From assembly GCA_020536535.1 (NCBI GenBank), contig JAHLWZ010000187.1:124001-188000 (forward strand): a stretch of DNA of 64,000 bases, in the 5' to 3' direction. The notes under the pieces were generated by a model. That model did not search any database and was not told the DNA's origin. It saw nothing but the letters and a program-made list of their open reading frames with translations. Source of the stretch: Pelomyxa schiedti (lineage: Eukaryota; Protista; Evosea). The position numbers and the translations under genes were made by a program. Positions 1 through 12,668 of the stretch are shown here, one piece after another; position 1 is the stretch's first letter, and every line of letters starts with the position of its first letter.

Positions 1-7
1 CAAGCAC

Positions 8-2686
8 ATGGAAAACTGCAAGGACAGGTTTAAAAAGTGCACAGCAAGAGGGTGTACCAAGAAAATTGAAAGTGAGGTTTACAATTCCGCCTATGACTAT
101 GGACAGTGCCCTTGTTGCCTGGAACATTTTACCTCCCACTGGGAGCTCAGGGAGCACCTAAAGCATTCGTGTGCAAAATTTTGTTTACAGTGCCGCTGTG
201 GGGCCAAGTTCTTGCGGACACACATGACTGGACATCTAAAGTCGTGTGCAACATTCGAAGTTTCTTGTGGTGTTTGTAATCTGACCAACTTATCCCTGAG
301 GGCTCTCTGTAAACACCTTTCCTCAACGTCATGTGCACTTCCCCTTCCGTGCCCGCTTTGCCGGGGTCCAGCTTGCTTTAGTGAACCAGACATTACTTCT
401 CACCTATGGAAATGTACTGCAGAAACAAAGTGTCCTTTTTGCCCCACCAGCACGTTATTGTGTGACCGGGCTAACCATCTGCAGTTTGAATGCGAGTTGT
501 TTGAGGTTTTCTGTTTTTTTTGCCAGCGTAGAATGCCTATGAGGAAGCTATATAATCACTTGCACTGCTGTCCATGTATCAAGCGCTATTGTATTTTTGA
601 CACTTGCACAGCAGCAAGAATGACCCTCACTGAACTTGAAATTCACTTAGACACTAGGTGCCCATACTTTTTTGTCTCCTGCATGGAATGCAATGCACCC
701 ATTTTGAAGAAGGATGAGGAAGCCCATTTGATTCAACATAGAATCCTCCGGGTTCAAAAACTCCCTCCTGACAGTTTTCTTACATCAACAACTCATGGAA
801 ATAACCTTCAACGCCTTCTGCCAATTGAAAAGAAATTCCTGATTTCAAAGGGAAAGACAGCAACCAGACGTCAGAACCGTCTACACAAGATTGCTCTGGT
901 GAATTTCTTATCTGAAGAAATGCTTCAACAAGACGAAGGTATCAATCTTGTTCAGTGTCCCAAGTGTAGTGAAACAATGGGGTACTCCGATTTACCTGTG
1001 CATCTGAGTTGCTATTGCCCCCGCAATCTGGAGAAATGCCCGCGGCAGTGTGGCTACACAGGGCCTGCAAGCAACATAATCCAGCACCTAACTAAACAGT
1101 GCTACCTTTCACCAGGAAGGTGCATCCGTGGAGATAAGTGCACACTGCAGGTGCACTTTCGTGTCCCACCTGAGGAGGCACGTCTATTATATCCAGATGA
1201 ACCAGGTACTGAAATTCACAAACCAGGTATTTTCCAGTATGTTGTGGAGCGCATCATCCCAGAAAATTCCAGGCGCCTTTCAGGTATTGATCCCGAGGAG
1301 GCACTGTACACGACACTGTGTTCCAGGTCGGTGGAGAATGGAGCCCCTTCGTGTATTCATAAGCGCGACGAAACAAGGCATGCTATATTCTGCTTCAATG
1401 GAATCCAGGAGTGCATATTTTGTCATTGCCCGACCAGTGATTTGTCCCAACATATTCTTGATTGTACTGAGGCCCGCCGGCCAATCGAGTGCGATTTCTG
1501 CTCGGTCAGAGTCCCTGTCGTTGAAATGCCTGAGCACTGGCTATACAGTTGTGGGGGAAAAAACTTCCTAGTCACCTGTCAGGATTGTGGTGCCCGAGTG
1601 CCGTTTCGTTCGTTAGAGGCTCACCATCTTTGCTCTTGTCCTAAATCTAGCTTACAGTGTCACTTGTGCGGGAAGCACTTCAATACAGAAAAGTACCCCA
1701 GGCACATGCTGAAGAAGTGTAACGGATCCCTTTTCACTGTGAAATGTGGGTTGTGCTCGCAGTGCTGTACCACAGGCGAGCTGCTGAATGGAACTCATTA
1801 TGCCACCAAGTGCTCAAACTGCAGTTGGAGGTGCCCCCTTGGTGCTGCGGATGAAATAGAAACAAATGCATGCCGCAAGGAAGTACCACTTTGCAAACTC
1901 GAGAAGCACTTGATCCCTGACATAGGGGGTGACCTCTGCAAATCCTGTAAATTGCCTTGCCCCAAGTATCCAGCATGCAAAGCAATGGTATTGAGAAGGG
2001 ACCTGACTCACCACATGGAGCACGAATGTGACTATTACACTATCCCTTGCCCCGGATGTAAGGGTTTGATTCCCAAGAAAAACTACGCTCTGCACGAAAG
2101 GGGTTGCGTCTTTGCTAATGAAATTGAAAAAGAATGTGGCGACTGCCATCAGATAGTAAAGACTGCATCATGGAATTACCACCGAGCCAAAACTTGTGAA
2201 AAACGCCTGGTCATGGCCCACTCGGAACTGGATTTTCAACGACATGAACCACTGCAGCAGGAACACATCATGAGACCACTATCTGGCCCTCATAGGGAGC
2301 AAAAGGAGAGTGGACTTTTTTCCTGGTTCAGATCGTTGCTATTTGGTAAGGCTTCCACTACTTCGACGAAAAAGCATTGCAGCCTCTGCAATCAGGACTT
2401 TTCAGACCAGAAAGCGACATGCCCCAAGGTGGAGGCCCTGCGATGCAAAACTTGTGGAGAGACTGACAAAACAGCCAACGGCGGGCCCACAGTCACAAAA
2501 CCGTGCCTTCGCGCATGTTCTCATTGCAGAGCACCAGAGCCACAGTGGAAGACAACCAAGTGCACACACGTGGTTTGCAAAAGGTGCGCAGAAGTGGTTA
2601 CAGTTGGTGGCAAAGGGTGCCTCCAGCAGACCTTTGATCAAGTCCGATGGGAAGTGAGAGAAAAGGGTTACTTCATGAACCTATGA
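8..2686 (+). CDS. Multi zinc-finger protein (tandem TRAF-type CxxC...HxxxC fingers); may start upstream of the window
   Basis: Uninterrupted 892-aa ORF with many CxxC-x(11-12)-H-xxx-C units (e.g. CPKCSETMGYSDLPVHLSCYCP, CPGCKGLIPKKNYALHERGC). The frame is open to the window edge. Confidence 0.8.
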   Translation: MENCKDRFKKCTARGCTKKIESEVYNSAYDYGQCPCCLEHFTSHWELREHLKHSCAKFCLQCRCGAKFLRTHMTGHLKSCATFEVSCGVCNLTNLSLRALCKHLSSTSCALPLPCPLCRGPACFSEPDITSHLWKCTAETKCPFCPTSTLLCDRANHLQFECELFEVFCFFCQRRMPMRKLYNHLHCCPCIKRYCIFDTCTAARMTLTELEIHLDTRCPYFFVSCMECNAPILKKDEEAHLIQHRILRVQKLPPDSFLTSTTHGNNLQRLLPIEKKFLISKGKTATRRQNRLHKIALVNFLSEEMLQQDEGINLVQCPKCSETMGYSDLPVHLSCYCPRNLEKCPRQCGYTGPASNIIQHLTKQCYLSPGRCIRGDKCTLQVHFRVPPEEARLLYPDEPGTEIHKPGIFQYVVERIIPENSRRLSGIDPEEALYTTLCSRSVENGAPSCIHKRDETRHAIFCFNGIQECIFCHCPTSDLSQHILDCTEARRPIECDFCSVRVPVVEMPEHWLYSCGGKNFLVTCQDCGARVPFRSLEAHHLCSCPKSSLQCHLCGKHFNTEKYPRHMLKKCNGSLFTVKCGLCSQCCTTGELLNGTHYATKCSNCSWRCPLGAADEIETNACRKEVPLCKLEKHLIPDIGGDLCKSCKLPCPKYPACKAMVLRRDLTHHMEHECDYYTIPCPGCKGLIPKKNYALHERGCVFANEIEKECGDCHQIVKTASWNYHRAKTCEKRLVMAHSELDFQRHEPLQQEHIMRPLSGPHREQKESGLFSWFRSLLFGKASTTSTKKHCSLCNQDFSDQKATCPKVEALRCKTCGETDKTANGGPTVTKPCLRACSHCRAPEPQWKTTKCTHVVCKRCAEVVTVGGKGCLQQTFDQVRWEVREKGYFMNL

Positions 2687-2800
2687 GTTCATGATCTTTG
2701 CCACAAAAAAGAAAAAATAGTGTGGGTAGAACAGTTGCAAGTTTTTCTATCTGGGCACCTTTTTGAATCAGGTTCGCCACCAAAACCGGGCAGGGGTGTG

Positions 2801-2874
2801 CGGAACTCGAGCGTTAACAGCCGTTCAAACGACGTTTCTTTCTTGTTTGAACGGCTGTTAACGCTCAAGTTCCG
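2801..2874. repeat. Inverted repeat/hairpin: 30-bp arms with one mismatch, 14-nt loop
   Basis: 2801-2830 cggaactcgagcgttaacagccgttcaaac pairs with 2845-2874 gtttgaacggctgttaacgctcaagttccg. The only mismatch is C2808/A2867. Confidence 0.95.
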
Positions 2875-2950
2875 TCGAATTGCAGAATCAAGATGCCTGA
2901 AAACCAACTTGCAAGAAAGCAACAAAAAAAAAAAAAACCGAGCCCTGCGT

Positions 2951-4637
2951 ATGGGTGAATGCCCCCTTCTCTTAACTCTCAACTCAAGCTTTGGATTTAA
3001 CTTTTCGTGCAGCCACTTCTGTGTCCAACACCACAACTAGCGCCGCTGCAGAGAGCAACCTCGCCTTAAGTACAACTAAGCCCAAGGATAGAGTGAGGAG
3101 AACTCCTCTCCAGGCAGACTCTGTGCCGCCGCCGAAAGTAGAGCCCACGCCAGGTTGGGAGACTGCACCCTCCCGCGTGAGTTTCCAGTGCGAGTTGCTT
3201 GGGAAACTGTTCGAGTATCTTGGATTCAAGGGTAAATTAGTGGATCTCACTGTGGAGAAGCAAAAAGGTGCAGATGGTTCTGATGCCTGGGGTGTGAAGA
3301 TATCACTACTCTCTCTTTTTGTGGAACGCTCCGAAGTAACCCCAGACGTGAAACAACCATCACCTGGAGAGGCTCTAATTGAGGACTCACCTCCACCTGG
3401 AAAGCCAGCTGTATATGTTGAGGCATACACAGATATGGTTTCCTCCTCCACATCTTCAGATGTCAGCCGCTCGACTCATTTGCGGCTGGTTTGCACTGAT
3501 CTGCAGCTGGGCAATTTTGTGCATGCATTGAGTGAAAAGCTACCAGAGAGCCTCAGCTTTTTGAATAGAATAGCCGCTACCATTGTAGATATAGTAGTCT
3601 CGCTCGATGTCGAGTTTTCGCTCAACTCTACCAGTTCCAAGAATCTGGATTTCGAGTGGCACCTCAACGCTTTTAAAGTCACTGCCGGAAACTGGCTGTA
3701 CATTGAGAAGATTGAGGTAGGCTCTGGCAATCCCCCATCTGACACGGCTGCTGTTATATCGAGATCCAAATATTTATTTACGGCATACATTTCCATTCGC
3801 ATGGGCTCTATCGAAGATTTCATCGGCAACACACTTAATATGCCGAGTGCCGCTGAAATTCTGCGTAAGGTCACACGCAACGCAATCCTGAAATTGGAAC
3901 CTACTACTTGCTTTACCCTCGAGACTACTTTTGGAGTTGGAGGGGCTTCAACACTCGATATCGCCGAGCTCATTGTGGAAGTGTCGCATATTACTTTTCT
4001 GGGTCTTCCTCTATCGGTTGCTTCCAGATACGGTCATGACGGCCTTAATCAGAAGAACCTGTTCTTAGCTTTAGTAAAACCTGACGATTACCGAGACGTT
4101 ACCACTATTTGCACGATTGTGCAAACTTTTCACTCCCTTGCTAATGCACCAGACTATGTCATGAAGCTACTGCAGAAATTTGAGCTTCGCAAGTACAGCT
4201 GTTTCCTTTTACTCCAGGAGACAAGAAAATCTGATTCCGACCCACCTCCCTCAACACCCTCCACAGAAGTGACCCCTCAAACAGCGCTGGCCTCCCTTCT
4301 TGCGTGTTCACTTAGATTCGACCTTACCGTCTTGTACAAAGGCGAAAAAGAAATCAAAGCCAAAGCCAATGTGAGCCACCACAGGTCCCGTACAAGTGTT
4401 GTCATAGACTTCCAAAACCTGACGTTTGGCACTGTGATGAAAGAGATCTTTGGCTCGGATTTCAAGCTACCAGGGGAAATAGACATCTCTCTGAAACACT
4501 TCGAGTGGATATTTGGTGACCCGCTTTCTGAGGAAGAGCTTGCTATGCATCCATGGCCTTTTCCAGTTAAAACTACTACACCCACAAATGGCGCTGTTAC
4601 CACAACAACCAGCACCACTGCCACATCAGTATCCTGA
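2951..4637 (+). CDS. Hypothetical protein (~540 aa, beta-strand-like alternating hydrophobic segments)
   Basis: ATG G|gtgaat...gtgcag|CC joins a 4-nt first coding exon to the long 2991-4637 ORF. No recognised domain. Confidence 0.6.
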
Positions 4638-4753
4638 CCAAGCCTAAGCCATCAAGGGCCTGGCATGTAACTTATGCTATTTAATCCCTTGCCACAATCT
4701 TGGTGGACAAGGGAAAGGAAAAACAGTTGAATGTAATAACATCTCTCTTTTTG

Positions 4754-7422
4754 TCAAACACTTCCTCCACCTCCTTCACCTTGAATTGTGGTGGAGTTTC
4801 TTTTTGATGTGGTGTTCATTTCCAAGTACGCCTGATAGGCAACATAATCAGCATGTGAGGGTGGCTTCTTGTTCCAATTTAAAACCGCAACCACCGGGAT
4901 CAATACAAGAGGTCCAATTCCAATCAGGATTCCAAATGGTTCCACCCACCAGTCACTGCACGAAAAATCTGAACCGGCGGTGCTGAAGTCACTCAGGAAA
5001 GTGTCAACTGATGTGATGCATGAAGTGCTGTTGAGTTCACCCTTGACCAATGATACAATTGTGACAGCGAGAGTATACCTTTGTTTGAATTAGCCATTAT
5101 GAAGGAAGGATGTTTTTAGGGGGTTAATGCCATACAGAATCATCAATGGAGCCACAACTGCCCACAGGAAAGGTAAAAGCTTCACCCATAACGCCGAGGA
5201 TTCGGAGGAGAAGAGAGGGAAAGTTTCGGTGCAGAGCTTGGTGCCGCTGTAATACCAGGTCACCACAAGCAGCTCCCCCAGGCACACACAGGGAAGGATG
5301 AAGATGGTCATGTACGAGTCGAACCAGCTCACAAAATACATCCCTGCCTGTGTGACAAACAGCCAGCCAAGAAGCCACAGTATAATACAGATTGTAAGAG
5401 TTACAAGCCAATGCCTCGCATATTTAAATTTCTTCTTGATATCCGTTTCTTTGATGGCTGTCACCAGGACCTACAATGGGCTGTGAATCAAAAAAAGCGT
5501 AAAATGGCCAATAAAGACCTCAACAGTACTGAACTCACTGTCAATTCCTTCAACAGTTCCTTAGAGACGAGAATTACAGGGAAAAGTGTTTGTACCCAGA
5601 AGAAGGAGCATAATGAAGAAACAAACTGAGAAGAATTGTTCTGCCGGGAATGCACATAGAACTTGAGGGTACGTTACAAACGCAAGAGACACACCTACAG
5701 ATAAGTTGCTAAGTTCGGGAGGGAAAAACGTAAGATAAGGTTATTTAGAGTGAAAGAAGTGCCTGGCACAGCAACTTGATCCATGGGAACTCTGTACAAT
5801 TCGGATATGTGTCCAAGACCAGAAAAGACCACTAAGCCAGAAATGAAGCTGGTAATAAAATCTGCAACACTGACAAAACCAGCAACCCGCAGGTAATTGG
5901 TCTCAGGTGGATTGAAAGAAGCATGGGAACTCAAACTCCCATACCCAATGCCTTGATTTGTGTAAGGTGAAGGAAAAAAGAAAAGAAGCAAAAATTGTCA
6001 ACCCATGCTATAGCACACTTGAATTGTTGCTGCTCTCCAAGTCTCTGCAGAAAGTATTTTACTCCATGTGGGGATTAGGTAATACTTCAGACCCTAAGGT
6101 TTCCTTGAATTAGATTATTAAAATACAGCCAAGGCATACAGTTGAAGCACCGTCCAACATTAGGCTTCTGATAAGTAAGGCTATTAAGACTAAATACGGC
6201 CCCGTTGCTGTTACAAATACAATTTTGCCTGAGGACTTGATTCCCTGGTTGAGTGTTTTCTTAAATCAGTACTAAAGATGTTGCCTCAAGGCTATACAAA
6301 CCTTAAATATACAAAGGTAGGTAAGAACCCAGGCTGCAAACAGGCAGCCCCACATAGCCCAGACAGTTGAGCCAACCTTTATGCTCGCTTAGGTAAACTA
6401 TGCACTAGGGCATGTATACATGGCTAATATCTTGGCTAAGGTTCAGAGCATCTTCGTAGAAAAACTCATTTGCTCTGTTTTGCCAGGGAAGGGGATCTTG
6501 GAAAGAACTGCCAAAGAAAAATAGGGACCAGCCACATATAACAATATAATATAGTGCCACAAAGGTACTGCCAATAACTGCTGTAATACCCTACCAGAAT
6601 GTGTGAAATCCTCCAGAGTTGGAATGAAACCCGGTTTCCAGGCCAAACGCACCAATCCAGAAAAGCGTGGATGCATTCGCCCAAACAATTTCCCCATTCC
6701 AGACTGGAATCTTTGTCCAAGTGCCAACTCCAGTACAAACACTGGAAACCCGAGTAGAAACATCATCAGTAAATATACAATCACAAAAGCTCCACCTCCA
6801 TTTTTATAGCACCTGAACAAAGAAACCCCTTAATCTCATAGACTAGGGGAAAAAAAAAAAAAGCAAATAAAAACCCCCACAATACACAGTGATGCTAACA
6901 AACTGTTCTAGACAAAGGGCAAGAAAACAAAAGAAAAAGAGGATACAAAAAACACAAAAGTGGCCAAGAGGAACAAGACCCATAAATAGTGGCATACACA
7001 TAAGGAAACCTCCACACATTGCCCAGCCCCACCACATTCCCAACCACCGTGAGCACCAGCTGCGCCTTGCTCCCCCACCTCCCCCTCCGCGCCCCGGCCG
7101 CCGTCGTGTCCGCGGGCGCAGCAGCCGCGCCGCCGCCCCCGGAGCCCTCGCTCCTTCCGCGAACCCCCGGCGCAGCCGCCGCTTCAGCTTCGCCGACCGC
7201 CGCGGCCCCGCCTCGCTCCGGAGACAGCGAGGGCGGCGGCGGGCTGTACGCGCCCCCTCGCCCTCCTACCGGGTACTCGTAGTCGTCGTCTACGGAGGCG
7301 GCTGCCTCCTCCTCCTCGTACAACAACAGGGCGTTGCGCTGCGACCCCACGTCCCCTGGGGCTTCGTCGGTGCCATCCAGGGCGTTTTGCGCCCGCGACA
7401 ACAACGCCTTCACACCGTCCAG
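4754..7422 (-). CDS. Sodium:neurotransmitter symporter (SLC6/NSS family) transporter
   Basis: Spliced motifs [63 protein letters not shown] and SHASFN, with GT-AG introns. No in-frame ATG; start placed at CTG 7422. Confidence 0.92.
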
Positions 7423-7539
7423 TTTGTCCCTTTTTCCTTCTCTTCTTCTTTCAAACGACGTTCTGTTTCCCCTTTGGGACTTTCTTGATTGATTCCCGGT
7501 TTTTTTTTTGTTGTTTTGTTTGATGATACGGCACAGTCG

Positions 7540-9706
7540 TCACTGAATGGAACAACGCCAGGGCGACGAAGGAGTGACTGGCGCCTGTGTGGTCGTTAGT
7601 GTTGGTGGGGCTGTTGCTTGTGTGGGTTCCGCGGGGCACCCGCATTCGGCCAGGATACTCTCGGTGAGGGGAACAACTGAGCCGGACTCGAGTTTGTTTA
7701 CAGCAGCACTGTGGCTAATGTCTGTGTTGACGTTTGTGGCGGTTGTTGCGATGGCGACTTTGTGCTGCTGCGGGGTTGGTGGAGTCGGATTGGCTTCGTG
7801 AAGCGGTTGCCGTGTGATATTTTGGAGCCGTATGTGGGAGAGGGGTGAGTGGAAGTGAATCTTTGGAAGGGAGACAACCGATTGCGAAAGGGATTTGCCG
7901 AAGTGATTTGGAGATGTGGTTGTTATGCTGCGTGCATTGCAACTGCAGGTGTGACAGTGGCAGATACAGCACGAAGATGATAGTGGATTATCCCTTACTG
8001 AACCCTCTGTATGAGTATCCTTATTTGAATTCGGTGTTACTGTATTGAGGTTGTAATCCGGCAGTTCAGTTGGCTCAATCAATCTTTGGCTCCCAGTAGG
8101 TTGGTCGGGGGCCAAAATCCAGGAATGGGCATTTTGTAGTACAACCTCTTGGGCTGGAACGAAACTTGGACACATCTCAAGGCACCGTAAGATATCACCC
8201 TTAGCAGAGTCCATATCTCCAATCATCAACTTAATCTTTCCACGGAGGAACAACTCTTGCCACGTTAGAATGAGAGGGTCTTTCTCTTCTGTAGCGTGAT
8301 CCATTACAGTGCAAGCTGCTGACTCCCATTTAACGGCTGTTTCCGCTCCGCTCTCTGCAGTAGCAGTAAAGCTGTAACCGGGATCAAAGAACCTCAGAGC
8401 ACTTCGCAAGTCCCCGCCACTCACTACTACTTGTACGGCGGATGCAATTCTCATAACCCGCTGCCTTCTTTGAACTTTCAGGCTCAATTCTTTGAGGAGC
8501 TTGAGTGAGGCATTGGCATGTTCCAAGGCATAATTGCACGCCTGTGGTAAACGGCAGTTCTTCTGACTCGCAGTGTCTTGTGGATTTTGCTGCAGTGGCG
8601 GCCCCTGATTACGGCTTGTGAGACTACTGCAACTAATTCCGGCACTCTCACACATCAAAATAAGTGCAGAGTGCGCATGCAAGGAACTGTTGAGGCACTT
8701 CGCATTGAAATAAAGGCTCGATACACTGTTCGGTTGCGCCAAGCCATTCTGTAGATCTTCTAGTGCACTAGTCTTCTTTCCGCATCCATAGAGAGCTTTC
8801 CCTCGGACAAGGAATCCTCCTAAGTCTTGTCAGTAACGAAAAAAGTAAAGGGACAACAAGCTAACTATAACAAAGGAATCTACCTTTGAAATTCGGCCTA
8901 AGGTTGAGAAGCTGAGTTGCCTCAAGTAAGGCACCTTTCAGGTCACCATTCAAAAAAGTAACTTCTGCCAAATTCCACAATGTAATGATTTCGTTATCAC
9001 TGTCAGAAATTCCTTTATCTTGTAAATGAGCCCTCGCTGTATTGAGGTCCCGGAGAGATGTTTTATAGTCACCCATTGCTGCATAACTGGTAATATAAGC
9101 AATTCATATCACTAGTCTAACCAACCTCAAAGCTCGAATATTCAAAGCAGGAATTGAGGGGACAGATGACACTTGAAGAGCCTTTGATGCCTCAGATAGA
9201 GAGGGGGAGTGCAGACATAGGTGATATAGGGCATAGGCCTTCAAGGTATATCCCGTTGATGACGAAGAGTCCACTGTAATTGCAGCTATTTTTGTGTTCA
9301 TTTTTTTTGAATTCATTACTTAAATAAATGACAGAACACTTCATAACGTACATGTTGCAGATTTCAGTGCTAAAGGATAATTTTCCAACAGAATACTAAT
9401 TTTGGCTAAGGAAATCCATGCTCGATAGAGGAGGGGACAGTGCTCTTCACACATTTAGTACTAAATAAAAAATAACAGCAAACTAAATATTGACAAACCA
9501 GTTGCCACGATTAAATCGGAAATTGAAGCGTCATATTCACCCAAGGCTGCTCGTGACAATCCTCTGTTGAGATACAACGAGCCCCTGGCCGGGTCCAATG
9601 CAATTGCAGCATCAAAGTGTGTAATTGCATCCCGATAATTACCACGGGCCATAGCACGTTCCCCGAGACTGCTGCGTTGCTGAGAAGTCGAAGTTGAAGA
9701 GCACAT
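7540..9706 (-). CDS. TPR-repeat protein
   Basis: TPR helices GNYRDAITHFDAAIALDPARGSLYLNRG, MGDYKTSLRDL and RGKIKLMIGDMDSAKGDILRCLEMCP. Four GT-AG introns splice in frame. Confidence 0.85.
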
Positions 9707-10244
9707 AGACTTATGTTGCTGCCGTAATCCCCAGACTTGACCAACACCCACAAACGCACCCCAGATCTTACTGCTCCCCAGGTAGAAAGAGTGAGATCCA
9801 CGTATATGCGGTGTTTGTTGCACAGCCAATGTTCTGGGGTCTCCCCTCTCTCTTGGCGTGTCTCCAAAGCGGGATTATTTTTTTAAAATGATGCATTCCA
9901 CACAAGGTTTTTTTTCGGGATGACACATTACCCAACATCCTTTTTTTTTTCCCCTTTCAATCGACGAAGGAGGAAAAAAATTTGGCAGTACTAGATCGTT
10001 CCAGCGGGGTAGAACAACCCTCAGCCGGGATTCTCGTACCGCGTCTTCCTCTTGGGGGCGGAATAATCCGTCAAGACATGAAGTCATTGCGGGAAGATTA
10101 GCCTCTCAAGACCCTGCCCACATCACAGGAGACTCCAGATCTGAGAGATTGGTGGCCAGAGGGAGTTATGGGTCAAAGGCGAATCCACCAAATTGAAACT
10201 CTGTAATTTCGAAAAGCGCTGGTTGATCACCCCTTGAAACGACA

Positions 10245-12668
10245 ATGAGGCCGGAGAGTGCTGTCAAATTGGTGTCATTGGCGAGTGCATGTTTAGTGTT
10301 GACGTTTTGGCCCCCGCCACCTTCTTTTCCAGATTACTCTTGTGAGTAGGTTTTTTTTTATATTTATTATTTAATTATTCGGTCGCGGCTCTGGGCCACG
10401 GGCGTGGGATCTTTTCATTATTTTAGTTTTTATAAATCGATCTCATCATCTCTATGTATGACTCGTGCACGCGTTGTTGGTGTTTGTTGCAGTATTCACA
10501 ACGAAGGAATTGAGAGTGCTGATAAGGTCACGTAACGGCATTGCTTCGTGCTTTGATCAACAGTGTTTTCTAGACACATGGAAATCACGTAATTCCCAGT
10601 GCACACCAAAACTGTCATTTGTCATTCGTAATGCTCTACGCGCTTTCATGGATTCGCCTCCAGTGACATTATGAGTTTTTATTTAATGGAATTTCTCCCT
10701 AGTGGAAGGACAAGGTACTACTGAGGTTGCAAAATGGCACGCATTGTCGCTCGCGGTGCAAGCGTGCATATGTACATACTTAGTGTGGACCGCAGTCAAG
10801 GCACAACGGAAATTCCAGACATTGCCTCACTTGATAAAATCTTTTGCCAGGAGGTCTCACTTGAACACTGACATAGGCCACACGTTAGTTCCTTTCTGAT
10901 TGAGAATTCTAACAGGAATACTAGGCTCTCCTGGGCAATTCCTTGGTTGATTCTCACACAATTTGCTTTGAGCGCTTCTTTGAGGTTCCATCAACAATCC
11001 CAGTTGACGTTCAATGAGAAAATTTGCAGGTTCCTTAAGAGACCGACAATAACTGTATCACACGAAGAAATTATCCAACGGAGTGAAGAATCAGAGCAGG
11101 TATTAAATAAAGTTTCATTCGACTTGTAATTTCTCCCATTAGTTTTACTCATTACTTTACCCTGATGAGTGGTTCGAACTTGTGCTCGGGTAATGCTTTC
11201 CCTTAATGTTTTTCCCATCAACACGTAAAGAAAACTGTCTCTAACATCGTCTGATCTCGATTATGGGCGAGTTGTGTGCGGAATGGACTTGCTTACCCAA
11301 ACCAAAGACATTCTGTTTTTAACGATGTGGCATACCACGTGTCAGCAACTTGAATCACATCGTGTTACAGTATCTGGTTTCCTTACAGGTATTTTTCTCC
11401 CTACATTTCTTTAATACTGACAGTTACGCAGCGGATTTGACGGAATTCTCTAATCCAGTTAACTCTTTATCACGAACACTTCAAGTAACTGGATCCTCTA
11501 CCAAAAATGTTTTCTGGGGAGGAGTATTAATGGCACTGGGAATATACACATTCGTGAATGTGATCTGGCCATTGGTCTTGATTTCGAATCTGCCGAAGGC
11601 ACTCGTGCATCTTTCCGCTTTCAAGGGTTTTCTGCACGTAGGAACTGTATGCAACACGCAAAAAATGCGTATCTCGTTTGATTTCCTGTAGGAACAACAA
11701 ATATGGAACGAATTTCAAGCCTCCTTCAATAAAAAGAAAGGAAAGATAACACTTGATGCCACGAGGTTCGTTCAGTAAGCATATGCCTTCTAAATCATAT
11801 TAGCTATGAAATTTATCCAAATTGGCTCGTTGATGTACAGAAGATGATGTTGTTCAGTATAGCTGACATTCCAAGCGTAGATATGCATCATAAGGATTTT
11901 TTCACTTTGTCTGACCAATATTATGCCCAGGTATAAACTTTGTTTAAGCTTATACTAACACTTCGAGATTCAAATAGAAAAGGCACAAGTTGAGGAATTT
12001 ATGTCTATATACCTTGAAAACTCTGGCGAGGTTGTCACATTTCTTCAAGTAGCAGCTCATCCCTCATTTAGGAGAATTCTAAGAAATTGTGGAAAGCTTT
12101 TGATGCTGCGAAAAGAGACTACAACTGTCGGAGACAGAGCCCGACCCCAGATACTGATTTAGAACTTTCAGATGTGTGTCTTTTCTATTTTAGTCTTTCG
12201 TCTTAATACTCCCACAGGATATAGGGTTCCTCTTTCTTCTCGAACGAATGAAGAGGATAGAAGCAGAAGAGGAAGCAAATAAACTTTCCAAAAAGCTTGG
12301 GGTAACATTCCGCTATGATGGATGAAAACCGCCGCTAACTTAGCATACTCACTCTTTTTCCACTAGAAAATAGCCTTCAAACAAGCAAAGAAGGAGCCCA
12401 TCGACGATTCCACAACCACACATGTAAGATTCTTTTCTCTTCTCTTTGCTTCCGCATCCCTCCCTCCCCCTATGACACTCCAACTAACATAACACCCCAA
12501 CACCAGCCGCAATGTAAATTATGCCAAGCCAATTCCAGCGAATTCTGCACATTCGTCACACCCAGTGGCGTGTGTGGCCACGTTGTGTGCGTCACTTGCG
12601 CAGAGAAAGTCACGTTTTGTCCCTACTGCCGCGGGGAAAAGTTGGACGTGAGTCCAGTTTTCCTGTGA
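10245..12668 (+). CDS. Membrane-anchored RING-finger (C3HC4) protein, probable E3 ligase
   Basis: Multi-exon model with an N-terminal hydrophobic segment and several TM-like stretches. Last exon (12507-12668) encodes CKLCQANSSEFCTFVTPSGVCGHVVCVTCAEKVTFCPYCR. Confidence 0.75.

Noticed and set aside
10000-10240. GC-moderate intergenic stretch as a possible snRNA, snoRNA or RNase P/MRP gene
   Set aside because: No recognisable conserved boxes; an Infernal/Rfam scan would be needed.
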